From: Octopus vulgaris
Taxonomy: Eukaryota
Length of the DNA: 64,000 nucleotides
Assembly: GCA_951406725.2 (NCBI GenBank)
Contig: OX597828.1
Span: forward strand, 49,042,001 to 49,106,000
Reading direction: 5' to 3'
The stretch's first letter is position 1; each line of letters opens with the position of its first letter. Below are positions 23,469 through 64,000 of this stretch, in pieces. Both the position numbers and the translations under genes were made by a program. A model generated the notes under the pieces. It was not told the DNA's origin, searched no databases, and was given only the letters and a program-made list of their open reading frames with translations.

Positions 23469-24404
23469 TAAAAATTGAAAAAACTGTGTATTTTAAGCCA
23501 ATAATGAGACAGAAACTTTCTGTGTTGTAGTTGTGTCATATCTTGTTGTTACTCTACAATTAGGATGTCTACATTATCACGTGCTTCAATACTGATATCA
23601 TCATCATCATTGGTATCATCACTTAATGTCTGGCTTTCATGCTGGCATGGGTTTGAAGGGTCCAACAGGATCTGAGGTGTATGTAATATACGAAAACAGA
23701 AAAATATGTAAAATACCAACACACGCAAAAATTAAAACAAAACACATGGTTGAAGTGAATCTTGAGGTGTGAAGAATCAACATGTGGTTGTCATGGTAAC
23801 AAGTTGTTAATGCCTCGCTGTCTGTTGATTGGCTAAAATTACCCAAATTTTCCAACTTTAATTCTAAATAACATCAGATTCTTTAATTTGCAAATTAAAG
23901 TAATTAGTTGAGCGTAATCAAAATTCAGAACTGCATTGATACACCAAAATTGAAAACAATCTGAGTAAAATTGAAGGGGGCTGATTTTGTGAATGAAACA
24001 AACTTGATCCTGATTATCAACTCTTTGCTGAGTATTGAGTTCGTTCTTAGAATTGTCAGATCATGAAAAAAAAAGTGCTTTTGAAGTATTCTTTTGATTC
24101 TTTATATTCTGAGTTCAAAACCTACTGTTTGCATGTTTATTTTTGAGTATTACTCATACCAGAATAGTAGGATTGGTATGGTAACACACCCTGTGACACT
24201 ATGACAAACACCACCATGTGACATACATACATCTATATATACATATATACACACAAATACACACACACACATAAACATATATACATACATATACATATAC
24301 GTATGTATGTGTGTGTGTGTGTGTGCACGCGCTTATATATGTATATATATATATACACACATACAGATACATAAATACACACACATGAATGTATGTGTGT
24401 GTGT

Positions 24405-24442
<38 letters not shown>

Positions 24443-25899
24443 TTACATATATTGTTAGAAGTATGACACTGCACTTATACTAATTGACAGCAAAAAGGCA
24501 AAATAAAAGAAAAAAAAATCAATAAATAAAGTTAACCTTTACAAATCACTGTTGGCTAAAAGTCATATCCTAGTTCAAGGTCAACTATGAGCACTTCAAT
24601 GTTCGTTACCTAAGTTTTATTTTTGCACTTATCAATAGATTAATAATTCGTCAATAAACTGATAAATCTGAAGTTGAGCATAGAAAGGCAAGTTTATGTA
24701 TCTTTGCTGTATAGAGATATTGAATATGTATTTCCGCATCACTAATTCTTCTCCACATTTCAGTTACTTAATGAAGTGAGCCACTGCTGCAATCTGAAGG
24801 TTTATATTTTGTGCATACTTAGCAGAGAACTTTGGTTTCTTTTGCACAATGCTGTGAGCTGAAAGACTGGGCTGGGTTTTGCTGAACTTTTAAAAGTCGC
24901 GGTCATCACTGTCTTCTTCTTCTTCTTCTTCTTCTTCCTCTTCCTCTTCTTCTTCTTCTTCTTCTTCATCTTCTTCATCATGTAGCCAGTGACATGTGAA
25001 AAAACATTTGAGCAAGGTCCTTGCCAGTGCAACTGGACTGGCTCCTGTGCAGGTGGCACATAAAAAAACACCATTTGAGCATGGCCGTTGCCAGTACCGC
25101 CTGACTGGCCCTCGTGCCGGTGGCACATAAAAGCACCCACTACTCTCTCAGAGTGGTTGGCATTAGGAAGGCCATCCAGCTGTAGAAACTCTGCCAGATC
25201 AAGATTGGAGCCTGGTGCAGCTATCAGGTTCGCCAGTCCTCAGTCAAATCGTCCAACCCATGCTAGTATGGAAAGCGGACGTTAAACGATGATAATGATG
25301 ATGATGATGATGATGATTGTCATGGGTTGGACAGTTTGATGCAATACAAAAGATCAGAGAACTGTGTTGAGTTTCATACCTGTTTTGGTATGGTTTCTAT
25401 GAGCGAATGCCCTTTGTAATGCCAACCATTTAACAATGTACTGAGTGATTTTCCATGTCATTGGTACTAGTGAAGTCACCAAATAGGTTGCAAGACAAGA
25501 CCTCTTGATTGAGAATTAGTGTTGCTCTGAGGAAGATGGCTTTTATGCCGGGTATTGAAAAGCAAGAGTATGACAGAAAGATAGGAACAGATGTGTTACT
25601 TTCGAAGAGGTGCATAGCTACCTCACCTACAGCCAGAAACATAGAAAAAGAAGGTGGTAATGAGGTGCTAGGGCATACCCACAAGATACAAGATGATGAG
25701 TGTGGGAAGGGGATAGGAACCAAGACACAGGTGACAGGGATAAGGACAAAGGGACAAACAGGGGAGGAAGGGATATAGACAGAGGGGCCCTTGTGTTTGC
25801 AAGAGCATGAGATAAGTGACAGATTGTTAGAGAAAAGGATATAGGTAATACTGTGAATGGAAAACGTGTTCTTATATTTCTGTTACTCCAATGTTTAAC

Positions 25900-26215
25900 C
25901 AAAGTGCCAGTAGGTGTCCATCAAGGTGCTTCTCATCCCTCTCTTGTTTACCATAATTCTCCAAATATCAAAAGAGAAGTTTAAATCTAGCAGCTCTTGG
26001 AAAAATGTCTGTATACCAATGACCTCATTTGCACAGAGGAATCTTTTAAATAAGTTGGAGACATAATTCGAAATGTGAAGGTAAAACAAAGAATTGCAGT
26101 CTCTCAAGGTAAACCTAGCAAAGATAGAAATTTTACAGATTGGGAAAAAAAAGACAAGATTCTTCAGCTGCCAGAGAAATGTCCATGCTCAATTTGCAGA
26201 AGACAAGTTGATATC
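25900..26215 (+). mobile_element. degenerate RTE-type LINE RT fragment
   Basis: VGVHQG/LIPLLFTIILQ..KEKFK..W/LYTNDL...KCPCSICRRQV, with frameshifts. Confidence 0.6.
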
Positions 26216-26806
26216 TTATCGTTTTTTTTTATCTTTTACTTGTTTCAGTCATTAGACAGTGGCCATGCTGGGGCATCACCTTATTCTTTGTAAGCCTAGT
26301 ACTTACTCTATCAGTCTCTTTTGCCAAACCACTAAGTTATAGGGACATAAATACACCATCCTTTTTTATCAAGCGATGGTAGTGGGACAATAATAGACAT
26401 GCCCATAAATATACATAGATAAATATATATATATATGTATGTATGCATGTATATGTATGTGTATATATAAATATATATATGTATATTTATATATATATTG
26501 TTGTTGTTGTTGTTCCTTCTCAAGTCATGCCTGGCTCATAGGGCTGGTTTCCTGGTTTCTTGGCATATAGGTTCCCCACCTGGACGGGACGCCGGTCCAG
26601 CGCAGGTGAGCTGCATGTTGCAGGAGGAAAGAGTGAGAGAAAGTTGTGGCGAAAGAGTCAGCAGAAGTTCGCCATTACCTTCTGCTGGAGCCATGCGGAG
26701 CTTAGGTGTTTCGCTCATAAACACATACATCGCCCGGTCTGAGATCCGAACCTGTGACCCCTCGACCGCGAGTCCACTGCTTTAACCACTAGGCCATATA
26801 TATACA

Positions 26807-27035
26807 GTGGAGAAGGCTAGCCACTGGATTTGGTTAAAAAGAGACGATGAGCGATGGCTAGAAGCATATTGAGTTCTTCATAACCATCTGATCTAGCAAG
26901 CGGGGCTTCATATCAGTGAGGTGGGGCCGGTGTGCATTGATGCCATCGAGAGGTAGGCCCCGAAACAGCGCGCATTCTCTCCTGATGACCCCATACACTT
27001 GCTAGCTTCCGGTATATGGAGCTTTTAACTGGTAG
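26807..27035 (+). mobile_element. 3' end of a Hero-like RLE retrotransposon (ORF C-terminus and 3'UTR)
   Basis: VEKASHWIWLKRDDERWLEAY* resembles the AE(R/K)ASxWxWLKR terminus of Hero elements. A GC-rich UTR follows. Confidence 0.55.
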
Positions 27036-27064
27036 CACTTGCATGTGCAAGTTGTTTGCAAGAC

Positions 27065-28058
<994 letters not shown>

Positions 28059-28542
28059 ACAGAGGCAAATACTGAAGAAGGGTAAAACGATAGATGCGGG
28101 TGGTGATAGTGGGGGAGTTGGTGGGGGTGAAGGAGATATGACGTCAGACATTATACACCCTGTATTACTCACTAGTGCAGATTGTAGTGACTACACCACC
28201 CGGGTGTCATTTAATATCGACACAAGCCAAGTCAAACAGGTATGGGTTATGTGATGAAAAATTTATGAAAATGTGAAAAAGGCGGAAACAGGGACAAATT
28301 GTCGGAAGAAAAGGAATTGACAAAAGGTTTTTTTTTTCTGTTTGTTTGTTTTTGGTTGGTTGTTTGTTTTGGTCTGTTTGCTTGTTCCTGGATGATTAGG
28401 GTCAGCCAAAGATATTTAATATTAACGCTGTGGTCAGTCAATAGATTTCAATCACCTGCTTTGTATATTAAGCACGACTTGCTTGAACTGTTTTCATAAA
28501 GTTGTGTAAAGAAATATACTTGCGTGTGTGTGTGTGTGCATT

Positions 28543-28952
28543 TACTCTCTTTACTCTTTTACTTGTTTCAGTCATTTGACTGCGGCCATGCTGGAGTACC
28601 GCCTTTAGTCGAGCAAATCGACCCCCGGGACTTATTCTTTTGTAAGCCCAGTACTTATTCTATCGGTCTCTTTTGCCGAACCGCTAAGTGACGGGGACGT
28701 AAACACACCAGCATCGGTTGTCAAGCAATGCTAGAGGGACAAACACAGACACACAAACATATACATACATATACATATACATATATATACATATATACGA
28801 CAGGCTTCTTTCAGTTTCCGTCTACAAAATTCACTCACAAGGCATTGGTCGGCCCGGGGCTATAGCAGAAGACACTTGCCCAAGATGCCACGCAGTGGGA
28901 CTGAACCCGGAACCATGTGGTTGGTTAGCAAGCTACTTACCACACAGCCACA
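28543..28952 (-). mobile_element. SINE family C, young subfamily shared with the 45224-45665 copy
   Basis: Both copies carry ATTGGTCGGCCCGGGGCTATAGCAGAAG, AAGATGCCACG and GTTAGCAAG variants. Confidence 0.85.
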
Positions 28953-29128
28953 CACACACATACTTATATATATTTTATACATACATTGTTTGTTTATAGT
29001 CAAATTGTATGCAAAAACAATTTAACATTAAACTGAAGGGTTGCTCAATAGTTTAAAATAGAATGCATGTTTATTAAACTTTTACAAGAAGGTTGACAGT
29101 GACTTCGAATCCTCACCTTGTTTGCCTA

Positions 29129-29161
<33 letters not shown>

Positions 29162-29331
29162 AGTGTACAAAAGTGTGAGTGCAGGCACTGTCAATGCATA
29201 TCCTTTCAAGCATATATATATACATGTATATATGTGTGCGTACATATAATATATTGTAGAATGTTAGTGGGTTGTGTGTATGTGTGTATGTAATACATTA
29301 TTGCACATTGGTGATGTACATATAAGGAAAG

Positions 29332-64000
<34,669 letters not shown>

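Noticed and set aside
24890-25126. Acidic poly-E ORF that could be mistaken for a UTP3 exon
   Set aside because: It is a (TTC)n tract fused to a SINE, lies upstream of the UTP3 ATG and has no splice support.

Overview
Repeat-rich, AT-rich animal genomic DNA. The SINE families and microsatellite density point to an octopus (coleoid cephalopod), but this is an inference. Two multi-exon genes lie head-to-head. (1) A complete SAS10/UTP3 gene on the minus strand: 14 coding exons, 20551->4837, about 441 aa, all junctions GT-AG and phase-compatible. (2) A 3'-incomplete, uncharacterised ankyrin-repeat gene on the plus strand: at least 10 coding exons from 29332 to beyond 64000, at least 692 aa, with a 19.5-kb first coding intron. 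The rest is tRNA-derived SINEs, microsatellites, and relics of mariner/Tc1, pogo- and piggyBac-type MITEs, Helentron-like, CR1, RTE, Tx1, CRE-like, Hero-like and Penelope-like elements, plus a solo LTR. Points most worth following up: an intronless antisense THOC1 fragment inside an ankyrin-gene intron, an exact duplicate of the SAS10 last-exon acceptor, several long intronic fold-backs including an inverted SINE pair that shares private mutations, minimal hammerhead-like motifs, and a 13-bp higher-order tandem repeat. I found nothing that is clearly a new multi-gene system. Repeat boundaries are approximate, and family names come from recalled motifs rather than database searches.
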